Shown piece after piece: positions 40,801 to 50,375 of a DNA stretch of 64,000 bases; the first letter of the stretch is position 1, and the number at the start of each line of letters is the position of its first letter. Below the pieces are notes generated by a model. That model ran no database searches. It saw only the letters and a program-made list of their open reading frames with translations, and was not told the origin of the DNA. Source of the DNA: Tubiluchus corallicola (Eukaryota > Animalia > Priapulida); contig JAQGDQ010000216.1 of the NCBI GenBank assembly GCA_030141605.1, positions 62,001-126,000 on the forward strand, in the 5' to 3' direction. A program made the translations under genes and the position numbers.

Positions 40801-43140
40801 GTTTGCATTGAGGAAATCGAAACTTTTAATCTTTTTCTCAGTATTTTCGTCTTCAATAACTGTTACAGTATATTGCTGTGTATCTCCATTTTGGGCAGTA
40901 ACAGTGTACACTACATTACCAGTGAAGTTTGCTGTTTCGCCGTTGTCAGGAGAAACAGATGCATTGTCCGAAATAACAATAGTTGGAATAAGTGCCGTCA
41001 CATTTGTTCCGTAAGGTACAGTAAGCGATACCGTTTTGGCAGTTTCATTTACAACACCGAATACATTTGCGAACGGGTTGTTTGCATTGAGGAAATCGAA
41101 GCTTTCAATCTTTTTCTCAGTATTTTCGTCTTCAATAACTGTGACAGTATATTGCTGTGTATCTCCATTTTGGGCAGTAACAGTGTACACCACATTGTTT
41201 GTAAAGTTTACTATTACCTCGTTTTCGGGAGATATAGTTGCGTTGCCTGAGATAATGATAGTCGGTGCAAGTGCCGTTACATCTGTTCCGTAAGGTACAG
41301 TTAGTGACACCGTTTTAGCAGCTTCATTTACAACACCGAACACATCTGGGAATGGATTGTTTACATCGAGAAAATCGAAACTTTTAATCTCTTTCTCAGT
41401 ATTTTTGCCTTTAGTTACAGTAACATCATATTGCTGTGTATCTCCATTTTCGGCAGTGACAGTGTATTCCACTTTGTCTGTAAAGTCCATACTCACCTTA
41501 TTTCCAGGAGATACAGATGCATTGTCCGAAATAACAATAGTTGGAGTAAGGTCAGCTAGATTTGTTTCGTAAGGCACAGTTAGCGATATCGTTTTATCAG
41601 TTTCATTTACAGTGCCGAACACATCTGAGAATAGATTGTTTTCAGCAAGAAAATCGAAGCTTTTAATCTTTCTCTCAGTATTTTCGTCTTTACTTACAGT
41701 AACTTCATATTGCTGTGTATCTCCATTTTCGGCAGTAACAGTGTATACTACTATGTTTGTAAAGTCTACACCCTTCTCACTTTCGGGAGATATGGTTGCG
41801 TTGCTCGAAATAACAATAGTTGGAGTAAGGTCAGCTAGATTTGTTTCGTAAGGCACAGTTAGTGATACCGTTTTATCAGCTTCATATACAGTGCCGACTA
41901 CATCTGGGAATGGATTATTTTCAGCGAGAAAATCGAAACTTTTAATCTGTTTCTCAGTGTTTTCGTCTTTACTTACAGTAACATCATACTGCTGTGTATC
42001 TCCATTTTCGGCAGTAACAGTGTATACTACTATGTTTGTAAAGTCTACACCCTTCTCACTTTCGGGAGATATAGTTGCGTTGTCCGAAATAACAATAGTT
42101 GGAGTAAGATCAGCTACATCTGTTTCGTAAGGCACAGTTAGTGATACCGTTTTATCAGTTTCATTTACAACACCAAATACATTTGCGAACGGGTTATTTA
42201 CATCGAGAAAATCGAAGCTTTTAATCTTTTTTTCAGCGTTAGACCCTACACTTATTACTACTGTATATTCTTGTTCGGATTGCCCATCTTGTGCTGTTAC
42301 ATAGTACTTCACAGGGAGAGAGAAATTTTGGGCCTCTTCTTTGGGAGGTGTAATGCTCGCGCCTAAAGATACTTCCAGAGTTTTAGGTACTATACTTACT
42401 AAGCTTGTTCCATGCGGTGCAGTTCCTGTAATTGACTTTTCCTCCTGGTCAATATCTATACCGCTTACACCTTCAATTTCAAATGCAGTGATTTCTGCAT
42501 CTGTACTTTTCCCTAAACTGGCAACGACAGTATAGGTTTGTTCAGTTCTGTCCGCTGCTATTACTGTATATCTTACATCTTTACTAAAATCAGGTGCTTC
42601 CCCATTATCTGAATTGTCTGATCTTATATTTGCACCTGTGTGTGTAATGGTGGGGACTAACGGGCCTAAGGCATCGTAAGGCAGAACAACACTTATTAGT
42701 GTATCAATTATTTCTCCCTCTATATCCTCTTCTCCTAATAATTGATTATTACCTGCTTCAAAAACAAATTTGATGATGTCTTTGCTTGTTTTGAGAGCCA
42801 ACTCTACAGTTACAGTATATTTTTTTTGGGTTCCATCCTCTGCTGTTACTATGTATTCCATGGGAGTAATGAAACTATGTTCCTCTCCACTTATAGGGTT
42901 TATTGAAGCTTTGTCCGACACAGTAATAACAGGAGTAAGCTTGGCCTTATCGGTTTCCGCAGGCATAGTAACTCTTATGATCTGACCATAATTATTAATC
43001 TCCGTATCACCTATGCTATTGGCAATTTCAAAGGAGATTATGTCTTTATTATTGGACTTAAGAGAGTCCTCTTCAATTCTCGTGCAATGCGCTATAAATA
43101 ACAGACTTACAGTCATTAGCAATATGAGTTTTTTCATCAC
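37858..43140 (-). CDS. Large surface lipoprotein/adhesin: tandem DUF5018-like Ig/cadherin-type domains and C-terminal GLUG-motif domain
   Basis: Signal ending FIAH-C; repeated I.SF...VP...L.PTI.IS..A.ISP...F...V.YTVTA..G...Y.VTV; VGGIVG/GGLVG motifs, WDFTNTW...GYPSL end. Confidence 0.88.
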   Translation of the reverse strand: MMKKLILLMTVSLLFIAHCTRIEEDSLKSNNKDIISFEIANSIGDTEINNYGQIIRVTMPAETDKAKLTPVITVSDKASINPISGEEHSFITPMEYIVTAEDGTQKKYTVTVELALKTSKDIIKFVFEAGNNQLLGEEDIEGEIIDTLISVVLPYDALGPLVPTITHTGANIRSDNSDNGEAPDFSKDVRYTVIAADRTEQTYTVVASLGKSTDAEITAFEIEGVSGIDIDQEEKSITGTAPHGTSLVSIVPKTLEVSLGASITPPKEEAQNFSLPVKYYVTAQDGQSEQEYTVVISVGSNAEKKIKSFDFLDVNNPFANVFGVVNETDKTVSLTVPYETDVADLTPTIVISDNATISPESEKGVDFTNIVVYTVTAENGDTQQYDVTVSKDENTEKQIKSFDFLAENNPFPDVVGTVYEADKTVSLTVPYETNLADLTPTIVISSNATISPESEKGVDFTNIVVYTVTAENGDTQQYEVTVSKDENTERKIKSFDFLAENNLFSDVFGTVNETDKTISLTVPYETNLADLTPTIVISDNASVSPGNKVSMDFTDKVEYTVTAENGDTQQYDVTVTKGKNTEKEIKSFDFLDVNNPFPDVFGVVNEAAKTVSLTVPYGTDVTALAPTIIISGNATISPENEVIVNFTNNVVYTVTAQNGDTQQYTVTVIEDENTEKKIESFDFLNANNPFANVFGVVNETAKTVSLTVPYGTNVTALIPTIVISDNASVSPDNGETANFTGNVVYTVTAQNGDTQQYTVTVIEDENTEKKIKSFDFLNANNPFANVFGDVNEAAKTVSLAVPYGTNVTALIPTIVISDNASVSPDNGETVNFTGNVVYTVTAQNGDTQQYTVTVIEGESTEKKIKSFDFLDANNPFPDVFGVVNETDKTVSLTVPYGTNVTALIPTIVISDNASVSPGNEEQVNFTNNVVYTVTAQNGDTQQYTVTVIEGEGTEKEIKSFDFLDANNPFPDVFGVVNEAAKTVSLTVPYGTDVTALIPTIVISDNASVSPGNEEQVNFTNNVVYTVTAQNGDTQQYTVTVIEDESTEKEIKSFDFLDANNPFPDVFGVVNETDKTVSLTVPYGTDVTALIPTIVISDNASVSPDNGETVNFTGNVVYTVTAQNGDTQQYTVTVIEGESTEKEIKSFDFLDANNPFPDVFGVVNETDKTVSLAVPYGTDVTALIPTIVISDNASVSPGNEEQVNFTNNVVYTVTEDYTVTVEIELNSEALITDFGINGVKNISIDQDASTITGEVEVYGTNLSGIAPSVLEISEEATVNPLKTDLQDFTSPVDYTVTSQDGDNSKTYTVTITNKPTLEAVSYNNENRVGAGDFKKTNLFEISNLIDGAWSYGLSIEGNTEITGTVTVTGGEGVINNTMALDDWKGIGSDKNLSIELRLSTAGVAERSATHTNIPKEQYMIKTWQDLQGMEHDVAGDYTVENDITFPDPGNDGLPTTGFKAVGVFTGNFNGQGHKIIKFYANRNATGVGLFRTVENSNTLIQNVGIEIGGIIKGKASVGGIVGLAKGVNIDNCYVIGDIEGSDSQVGGIVGRSESANISNCYFIGNIEGKQGQAGGLVGRSEGVNISNSYVLGTIEGVYTGGIIGWSKGGSTVTNCYTNVDLTGSYHLGGIMGFSSGSSGRDTLRNCYARGAVVATNTNGGGIAGYAHSTIIVECYATGEINCSQNGGGLVGATYGSFSIERSYWDKESTNKSSSSGSNNSFGKTTAEMKDQNTFINWDFTNTWKIDSSNDGYPSLRGLGGQ
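39480..42240 (-). repeat. Ten tandem 279-bp (93-aa) repeats
   Basis: Ten occurrences of K-x-I-(K/E)-SFDFL; antisense ORF starts recur every 279 bp (39683, 39962, 40241, 40520, 40799). Confidence 0.92.
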
Positions 43141-43453
43141 GCGTTATTTTAGGTTACTGGTGATAATAAGTTAGTGATTTATTTTTGACTTTTCAAGACT
43201 GAAGAGGCTTGTTCTTTAAGTTGAAGGTTAAAAGCTAGAAGAGTTCCGGCTTACTTGTTAACAGGTGATATGATGATAAAACAGGCTGAAGCAGTTATTT
43301 AAAGCTTGGAACAAGCAAGCGGTTGATTTTTACCAAAATCTAGCCTTTTGGTTATTAAACATGAAAGCAGGGTTACAAGACAGGAATTGTTGTATTTTTC
43401 ATGTTATTTTATGTTTTTAATGGTTCAAGGTGAAGAAAATTAAGCAATGTACT

Positions 43454-43936
43454 ATGTCAAATACATATTTATCTTTGGGAGGCAACCAGGGGGATAAAAA
43501 GTATATTTTTAATAAGACTATTCAGCATATTGAAAGCTTGCTGGGGGATATATGCGTTACATCTTCAGTATATGAGACTGAATCCTGGGGGTTCCAGTCA
43601 TCGTTGTTCTGGAACTGTGTAGTGATGGTTGAGACAGGTCTCACACCCCGGGAAGTGCTTCATACAGCTATGAGAATAGAAAGCTACTTTGACAGAAAGC
43701 GTGGTGGTGCAGGTTATGAAACTCGTCAAATGGATATTGACATACTTTTTTATGATACGCTTGTCATAAATGAAGAGGGGCTTATTATTCCACATCCGCT
43801 AATGATGGAGCGAAGGTTTGTTTTGGCTCCTTTAAGTGAGATTGCTCCGGAATTTGTTCATCCTGTTACAGGCACAAAGATAAAGGATGCTCTATCTGAC
43901 TGCAATGATGTGTGCAATGTTAAAAAGATTGTATAG
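43454..43936 (+). CDS. folK: 2-amino-4-hydroxy-6-hydroxymethyldihydropteridine diphosphokinase
   Basis: YLSLGGNQG, SSVYETESWG, RQMDIDIL, IPHP...RRFVLAPL. Confidence 0.95.
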   Translation: MSNTYLSLGGNQGDKKYIFNKTIQHIESLLGDICVTSSVYETESWGFQSSLFWNCVVMVETGLTPREVLHTAMRIESYFDRKRGGAGYETRQMDIDILFYDTLVINEEGLIIPHPLMMERRFVLAPLSEIAPEFVHPVTGTKIKDALSDCNDVCNVKKIV

Positions 43937-43989
43937 ACTGAAAGCTATATGTTTTTTTACAGAGATCGGGTATTTACTTATTATTTCTT

Positions 43990-44131
43990 GAGAGTTTTGC
44001 AAGACTCATCTTTTTATTTTTACTAATACTTTGCCAAAACTTTCTTCAAAATCTTCATTTATTAGTAAACTACAGTTTTTCATTGAATTTTTTCTTACTC
44101 TGAGCCGAATATTTTGTTTTGCAAAGATCCC
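43990..44131. mobile_element. IS5-type MITE copy between convergent folK and radC
   Basis: GAGAGTTTTGCAAGACTCATCTTTTT ... TTTTGCAAAGATCC. Confidence 0.7.
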
Positions 44132-44143
44132 GGAACGTTAAAT

Positions 44144-44839
44144 TCAGAGGATTTCATCGTCTGCAAAACTGTAAAAGCCAAATTGAGTTATTATTAAGTG
44201 ATCCAGCATTGATATGTTCATTAATGAGGATGCGCCTTTTATTTTTTTCGTAAGCGCTATATCTTCACTACTAGGGTTACAGTTGCCAGAAGGGTGATTA
44301 TGGCAAAGTATTAATGAGACAGCGTGTCTGTCCAGCGCTTCTTTTAGGATAAGCCTTATATCAATTGAGATACCTGTTATTCCTCCCTGGCCTATTTTCC
44401 CCGAATGGAGGACTTTCTTTTGTCTGTTGAGGTATAGCACCCAGAACTCTTCGTGTTGAAGGTCTCCGATTATTGACCGGGCATAATTGGCAGCATCCGT
44501 GCTATTTTGGATCTTTTTGAGGAGAAGGGCTGACTCCTGATTTTTTCTTCTCCCCAACTCGAGCGCTGCTACAATTGAGATAGCTTTTGCCTCGCCAATT
44601 CCATTGAACTTTTTGAGAGCTAATACGTCTATTTTACTAAGCTCATTAAAGTTGTCATTGTAGTGCTTTAGGATCTTTCGCGCTAGCTCTACAGCTGTTT
44701 CATTTTTACTTCCCGAACGTATTAGCAGTGCAATAAGCTCAGTGTTTGAAAGCGCTTCAACTCCTTTTGTAAGTAGCTTTTCGCGAGGGCGCTCCTCTGC
44801 TGCCCATTTTTTAATGCTCAACATTTTATAATCGTCCAT
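44144..44839 (-). CDS. radC: RadC/JAB-domain protein
   Basis: ERPREKL, LSNTEL, GIGEAKA, HNHPSG...PS.ED...T, LDHLII; start set at ATG 44839. Confidence 0.94.
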   Translation of the reverse strand: MDDYKMLSIKKWAAEERPREKLLTKGVEALSNTELIALLIRSGSKNETAVELARKILKHYNDNFNELSKIDVLALKKFNGIGEAKAISIVAALELGRRKNQESALLLKKIQNSTDAANYARSIIGDLQHEEFWVLYLNRQKKVLHSGKIGQGGITGISIDIRLILKEALDRHAVSLILCHNHPSGNCNPSSEDIALTKKIKGASSLMNISMLDHLIITQFGFYSFADDEIL

Positions 44840-44962
44840 CCTGAGTTGCTTTTCAGCAAAATACAAAATATTGAGTGAAATAAAAATCAAAGAGAACATC
44901 CTTTGGCAGGAGTAGCTGTGTAGCATCGTAAACAAACTTCTTCAGGCATTTGGCAAAGTATC

Positions 44963-45090
44963 AAGTGCTTTGCAAAACTCATCTTTTTGTTGATATTTTT
45001 GTCAAAACCTTTGCTTACATCAGTAAACTGTAGATTTTCGTTGAGTTTTTTCTCAACCTAAGCAAAAATATTTTGTCTTGCAGAGCTATC
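44963..45090. mobile_element. IS5-type MITE copy
   Basis: AAGTGCTTTGCAAAACTCATCTTTTT ... AATATTTTGTCTTGCAGAGCTATC. Confidence 0.7.
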
Positions 45091-45255
45091 ATTTTAGGAA
45101 TAGCGCAAATGGATATTGTCTTTTTTTGCTAGCTTAGCGTTGAAAATTATGGTTGCCAGAAAGCTAATGATAAATGGCCGGGGTATTTGCAGCGTAGTGT
45201 GCTAAGAGTGTCCGGTAGCCATATATGTAGTGTCAGTTTCTAAAAAATAAATATT

Positions 45256-45711
45256 ATGAGAAGAAAACTTTTTTCACTTTTTGTCTTTTTTGCATTTTCA
45301 ACAGCCACAGCATTTGCACATTGTGAAATTCCATGTGGAATATATGGGGATTCTTTGCGTGTACAGCTCATAAAGGAGCATATAGGTACTGTGGAGAGAA
45401 GCATCCACATGATAGACAAGTTGTCGCAGGAGCCTTCACCCGACTATAATAATCTTGTGAGGTGGGTTATTAATAAGGATGAGCACTGCAAAGAGATTCA
45501 GGATATTGCTACTCAGTATTTTATGTTTCAGCGGGTTAAGATATCCCAAAAGCCTGCAGAGGAGAAGAGAAGTGGAGAGTTGTTAGCGCTGCTACATCGC
45601 TTGTGTGTTTACGCAATGAAGGCAAAACAGTCAACAAGTCAGGATAATATAGATATGCTAAGAAAAACAATAGAGGAGTTTAGCGCTCTCTATTTTAAGA
45701 AGGCTGACTGA
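45256..45711 (+). CDS. sodN: Nickel superoxide dismutase with Sec signal peptide
   Basis: Nickel hook HCEIPCGIY directly after AFA; RWV..K..H, YF..QR, AMKAKQ. Confidence 0.9.
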   Translation: MRRKLFSLFVFFAFSTATAFAHCEIPCGIYGDSLRVQLIKEHIGTVERSIHMIDKLSQEPSPDYNNLVRWVINKDEHCKEIQDIATQYFMFQRVKISQKPAEEKRSGELLALLHRLCVYAMKAKQSTSQDNIDMLRKTIEEFSALYFKKAD

Positions 45712-45717
45712 TAGCTT

Positions 45718-45805
45718 GAGTGCTTTGCAAAACTCACCCTTTGCAAGACTTGCCTTTTTATTAATATCCTCGTCAAAATTTTCATAGGTAAACTTGGATT
45801 TTTAC
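45718..45805. mobile_element. Truncated IS5-type MITE copy
   Basis: GAGTGCTTTGCAAAACTCAC, second CTTTGCAAGACT, TTTTTATTAATAT...CAAAAT; no right end. Confidence 0.5.
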
Positions 45806-45864
45806 CTAACTAAAATCAAATGCTCAATATTTAACTTGCATACTTTTGGGATAGTTGAATGATA

Positions 45865-47515
45865 CTTCTGTTTTGTGCACCACAACGACGCCCCAAGAAT
45901 GCACTATTGATTATCAGCAAGATAGGAATTTCAAATTTGCATTTTGGGTGCTGCATGCTTAATTTTATGCATGTTTGTCCGAAAAAATAAGAATCGGGAG
46001 TGGTTCTGTGAGTGTACAGATAATCTCAAAAAATCATGGTAAATATAAGGTTGTAAAAACCGTAGGTTGCGCAAAAACAAAGCGGGAAGAAGAATTGCTT
46101 TTATTGCTTGCCAACACAGAGATAGAGCGGCTTAGGGGCATGCAATCGCTTTTTGTTGAACACGATGATTTGGTGGTTGAAAACTTTGTGGACAGCATTG
46201 CAAACAATCATTTACAAGTTGTAGGAAGTGAATTAATTTTAGGCAAAATTTATCAAGTCTTTAACTTTCCGGATGATGGGTGCTGCAATTATTTTCGCAA
46301 CCTGGTATTATGTCGGTTAGTGTACCCGGGAAGCAAATTAAAAACCGTTGACTATTTTAGACAGCACCTGAATACAGATGTTAGCGTACACACTATTTAT
46401 CGTTTCCTTGACGAGCTAAATACAAGTTTAAAGCCACAAATTGAACAACTTACCTTTAAGCACACCAGGAAGCTACTAAAAGGAAAGATAAGTGTCGCAT
46501 TTTATGATATGACCACATTGTATTTTGAGGCATCAGAAGAAGATGACTACCGTATTCCCGGATTCAACAAAGATGGCAAGCATCAACAACCGCAAATAAT
46601 GATAGGTTTACTGGTGGGTAAATATGGATACCCGATTGGCTATCAAATATTCGAGGGAAACACCTCTGAAACAAAAACACTAATCCCTGTTCTGGAAGCC
46701 TTTCAAAATAAATTTAATATCGAAAGGCCTATTGTAGTTGCCGATGCAGCTTTACTCTCGCAGAAGAACATAAATGCCTTGATTGAAAACAAATACGAGT
46801 ACATACTTGGAGGACGGATAAAGAATGAAAGTCAAAAAATAAAAGAAAAAATTATAGCTCTTGATATTAAAGAAAACAAGCCAGTTGAGTTGAAAAACAA
46901 GAATGGAAGGTTGATTATCAGCTTCTCAGAAAAAAGAGCCTTCAACGATAAAAAAACAGAGAGAAGGGCTTAAAAAGACTTGAAAAACGTGTTGCTTCCG
47001 GCAAGCTAACAAAGAATCACATAAATAATCGCGGGTATAATAAATATCTGAATCTGTCGGGGGAGATTGCCGTTAAAATCGACTACGATAAGTTCCAGTC
47101 AGATAGAGTTTGGGATGGGTTGAAGGGTTATGTAACCAATACCCATTTACCGAGAAAAGATGTTATCGGGAATTATAGTCAGTTGTGGCAAGTGGAAAAA
47201 GCTTTTCGTATATCAAAAACTGATTTACGAATACGGCCAGTTTATCACCGCTTAAAAGAACGCATTGAAGCCCATATCTGTATTTGTTTCACAGCCTATG
47301 CCATTTACAAAGAGCTGGAAAGGTTATTGAGGGCAAATAATATTGATATCTCTGCTGAAAAAGCCTTGGAACAAATCCGGCAGATCAGGCAGCTGCAATA
47401 CACTCTGCCCAAATCGAAACAAGTCAGAACAAAAATATTACAGCCAACTGAAATGCAAAAAAAGTTGTTAAATATGAAATTATAAACTTGGGTGCTGCAA
47501 TGCACAAAACAGGAG
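45865..47515 (+). mobile_element. IS1634-family element
   Basis: TIRs CTTCTGTTTTGTGCA / TGCACAAAACAGGAG; no TSD seen. Confidence 0.85.
45971..47485 (+). pseudogene. IS1634 transposase with two frameshifts (~45997 extra G; A7 at 46950-46956)
   Basis: MFVRKNKNR/SGSVSVQ, FYDMTTLYFE, GFNKDGK, VVADAALL, WQVEKAFRISKTDL.IRP.YH. Confidence 0.88.
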
Positions 47516-47585
47516 TTTAAACAGCTTTTCGGGATACCTCTATGGAAGTCCCCATAAGTCTTTCTTTATTTACTGTGTTGCTATT

Positions 47586-49085
47586 CTAATACTTCGACTC
47601 TCTTTGTCTAGCCTCTTGAAGCCATTGTGGAACTACGGTTTCAAGAAATTCTTCTTTATCAGAGTTTAGTTTCGCCATATCCAACCCAATATATTGCTGT
47701 GCTTTAGCTTTGGTTGAAATATCAGGCATTTCAACTTCTTTGTTGTAACCAAGGTCTGCTAACAGTCGGGTAAGCTTTATTCTTGCCTCCTGTGCGATGT
47801 TAATGCCCGAAGAAACAATTCGACTTATTTCGATTGGTGAATGGAATGATGCTCCATGAGCTGCTACCGAGTAGTCCCAACGCCATTGAGCATGCCTTAT
47901 ATCCATAAGAACCGGTTGCATTTGTTCTTCGCTTGCTCCTTTGTCCCATGCAGCTTTTGCTCCTACGTGTGCTTTAACCAATAACTCTTCGAGTATGGTT
48001 ACATTTTCCTTTATCTTATCTTGACGGGAAAATACATCGGCAATTAGCCTTTCAGTTTCTTCCCTGTGACAAACTTGACATGAATTAGCAACATTGTTCA
48101 GAGGACTTTGAATATGGTGGTCGGTAAATTTCACACCACCTTCACTTTTATATGGCATGTGACAATCGGCACATGAAACTCCACGCTCTGCATGAACTCC
48201 GGTCAGATAAGTTTCATAGTCTGGATGTTGCGCTTTTAGCATTGGGGCTTTGCTCAATTTATGTGTCCAATCCTTAAACTCCATATTGTCGTAATACTCT
48301 TCAACATCCTCCACACTCATTCCATTATCCCAAGGAAATGTTAAGTAAGAAACTCCTTCTACTTTCTCTTTATTAAAGTAGTATTCAACATGACATTGAG
48401 CACAAACCAAGCTCCTCATTTCTTGGTGTTTTGCTTTAGTAATATCTTTCCCCTGTCTTTCAAATGCTTCAATCAAAGCAGGTCGAGAAATACGCAGCTG
48501 CATGGTATTCACATCATGACAGTCTGCACAGCCAATAGGGTTTACTATTTCAGCTCCCCATTTTTCCCATGAGCCTTTATAAAACTCAGCAACTCCTACT
48601 TCATTCATAATTCTCGGAACATCGGGGCTTTTACATGTCCAACACGTATTTGGCATTGGACTTTTAGTGCTATCATTTGGCGCACCGGTTCTTAATGTAT
48701 TGCGAACACCATCTACAGCATAATAGTGACCTCTCCCTTGGTTATAGTCTTTTGAAAAACCATAACCAGCCCACAGAACTACTAACTTCGGATTATCTTC
48801 AAGCTCGTCAATCATTGCTGCACCATTGTATTTGCTTCTAAATGTTGTGTCGGAAGTTTGATAATATGATTCAAACTCACGAGGAAAGTTTGCTCCCCAT
48901 TTTTTGTTTCGGGGTTCAAACTGAGAAAAATCGTTTTTGGGTGCATAGGTAAACATCGCTTCACTTCTTCTTTCTACAACACTAGAGGCCAACAATCCTA
49001 AAAGGAATACTACTACAATAGTTCCAAGGAAAAGAATCCATCCTTTCCAAGGTTTTTCTTTGATTTGCTCGCTAAATGGTCTCAT
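47586..49085 (-). CDS. nrfA: Ammonia-forming cytochrome c nitrite reductase
   Basis: CWTCK active-site heme motif plus four CXXCH; KAQHPDYE; AQWRWDY. Confidence 0.97.
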   Translation of the reverse strand: MRPFSEQIKEKPWKGWILFLGTIVVVFLLGLLASSVVERRSEAMFTYAPKNDFSQFEPRNKKWGANFPREFESYYQTSDTTFRSKYNGAAMIDELEDNPKLVVLWAGYGFSKDYNQGRGHYYAVDGVRNTLRTGAPNDSTKSPMPNTCWTCKSPDVPRIMNEVGVAEFYKGSWEKWGAEIVNPIGCADCHDVNTMQLRISRPALIEAFERQGKDITKAKHQEMRSLVCAQCHVEYYFNKEKVEGVSYLTFPWDNGMSVEDVEEYYDNMEFKDWTHKLSKAPMLKAQHPDYETYLTGVHAERGVSCADCHMPYKSEGGVKFTDHHIQSPLNNVANSCQVCHREETERLIADVFSRQDKIKENVTILEELLVKAHVGAKAAWDKGASEEQMQPVLMDIRHAQWRWDYSVAAHGASFHSPIEISRIVSSGINIAQEARIKLTRLLADLGYNKEVEMPDISTKAKAQQYIGLDMAKLNSDKEEFLETVVPQWLQEARQRESKY

Positions 49086-49106
49086 TATTTTAATAGTTCT
49101 ATGTTA

Positions 49107-49691
49107 TTACTCTGCTGCTTTTAATGCTTTTTTTAACCACTCGGGTACTGGGCTTTCAGGTAATGGCACTTTGGCATTTGGTGTACTCGAAAGACTGTTA
49201 ACTCTGCCGTGAGGGACTTCTCTGTGGCACTCCCAGCAAGTTCTATCACTCCTATTTGAATGAAATTTAGTATGGATGGTATTCATCTTTAAGTCTGTGA
49301 TAAGGTCGCTGTGGCAACGCAGACAGTTCTGCTGCACCACATGCTTACTTTCATCTTTTATTTGTATTACCTGTGGTTCAGCACGCATTGTAAATACACT
49401 AGCGTGTCGCATTCCATCTTTCCCTTTAAAATAGTATTTGTTAAATAGGTTATTGTGCGGTATGTGACAATCGTTACAGCTAGCCTTACCCCGGTGCGAG
49501 CTGTGCATCCATGTAGCATATTGTGGAGCCATAATATGGCAGTTTACGCATGTTTTAGGGGAGTCAGATAGATAAGATGGTGCATTGGATATATAAAACA
49601 GGAAGAAGAGAAGACCAAATAAAATAGCGGAACTAATTATTACGCTAAACAGCCATTTGTCCGGAGGCATAATCTTTTTGAATATATTCAT
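49107..49691 (-). CDS. nrfH: Tetraheme cytochrome c NrfH
   Basis: TM helix, SYLSDSPKTCVNCHIM, four CXXCH, HREVPHG; upstream of nrfA. Confidence 0.95.
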   Translation of the reverse strand: MNIFKKIMPPDKWLFSVIISSAILFGLLFFLFYISNAPSYLSDSPKTCVNCHIMAPQYATWMHSSHRGKASCNDCHIPHNNLFNKYYFKGKDGMRHASVFTMRAEPQVIQIKDESKHVVQQNCLRCHSDLITDLKMNTIHTKFHSNRSDRTCWECHREVPHGRVNSLSSTPNAKVPLPESPVPEWLKKALKAAE

Positions 49692-49777
49692 GGCTTTATA
49701 GCTTCGTTTTTTATTCCAAAAACCCTCCTCACACCTTCTTCATCGTTTAAAATTGGTTAGTTCTCAACATTGTAATA

Positions 49778-49823
49778 CAAATATAGACCACCACAAACAA
49801 AGAAGCTGTAACATATGGTACAG
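49778..49823 (-). promoter_or_regulatory. nrfH promoter: -7 box TATATTTG and HcpR-type palindrome CTGTAACATATGGTACAG
   Basis: 49806-49823 is one mismatch from the perfect palindrome at 51184-51201. Confidence 0.72.
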
Positions 49824-50375
49824 ATTGTGCTATTTCTAGTTTTTTAGTATTACATCTAAATAAAATTAAGGTTTTTTTAGTGAGACAGAAAAAATAAGGT
49901 TCACTTTTTATGGTATATAATGATGGTGTAATTTAAAAGTAGAGCACCATTGCATATTGATTGATTAATGAGTACTATATAAAAGACTTCATAAGTGGTA
50001 GGGGCTTATTATTGCGTTCCTGCTTCTTTACTTCTTGGTTGTGGAGATAATATATGAGTCATAGTGATTTTTTCTAATATTGATTTCAGGAGTGATCTTT
50101 TGATAGAACTCCGTTATCAAAACGGGAGTAGTGATGCAATTAAAGGCAAATCTCATTTTAAATGCAGATAGCACTCTTGTTTATGGAAATATTGGTGTAT
50201 GGCTTACCGGTTCTGTTCTTAGAGATTTTCGGAAAAGGAGGCGACGGTAAGAAGGTTTTTGATCTTCACCAATCACAGGTATGGTTCAGAAAGAGGGGGG
50301 AAGTTATTTCCCATGAGCAATGACTTTGATAAGAGAGGAGGTGAAGAGCGCCTGGTGTATTTCAAAAGCGTAATT

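Noticed and set aside
39538-42130. Periodic short plus-strand ORFs resembling an array of small genes
   Set aside because: Antisense shadows of the 279-bp coding repeats
46945-46960. Programmed -1 frameshift in the IS1634 transposase
   Set aside because: This family normally uses a single ORF and the gene has a second lesion near its start; decay is simpler
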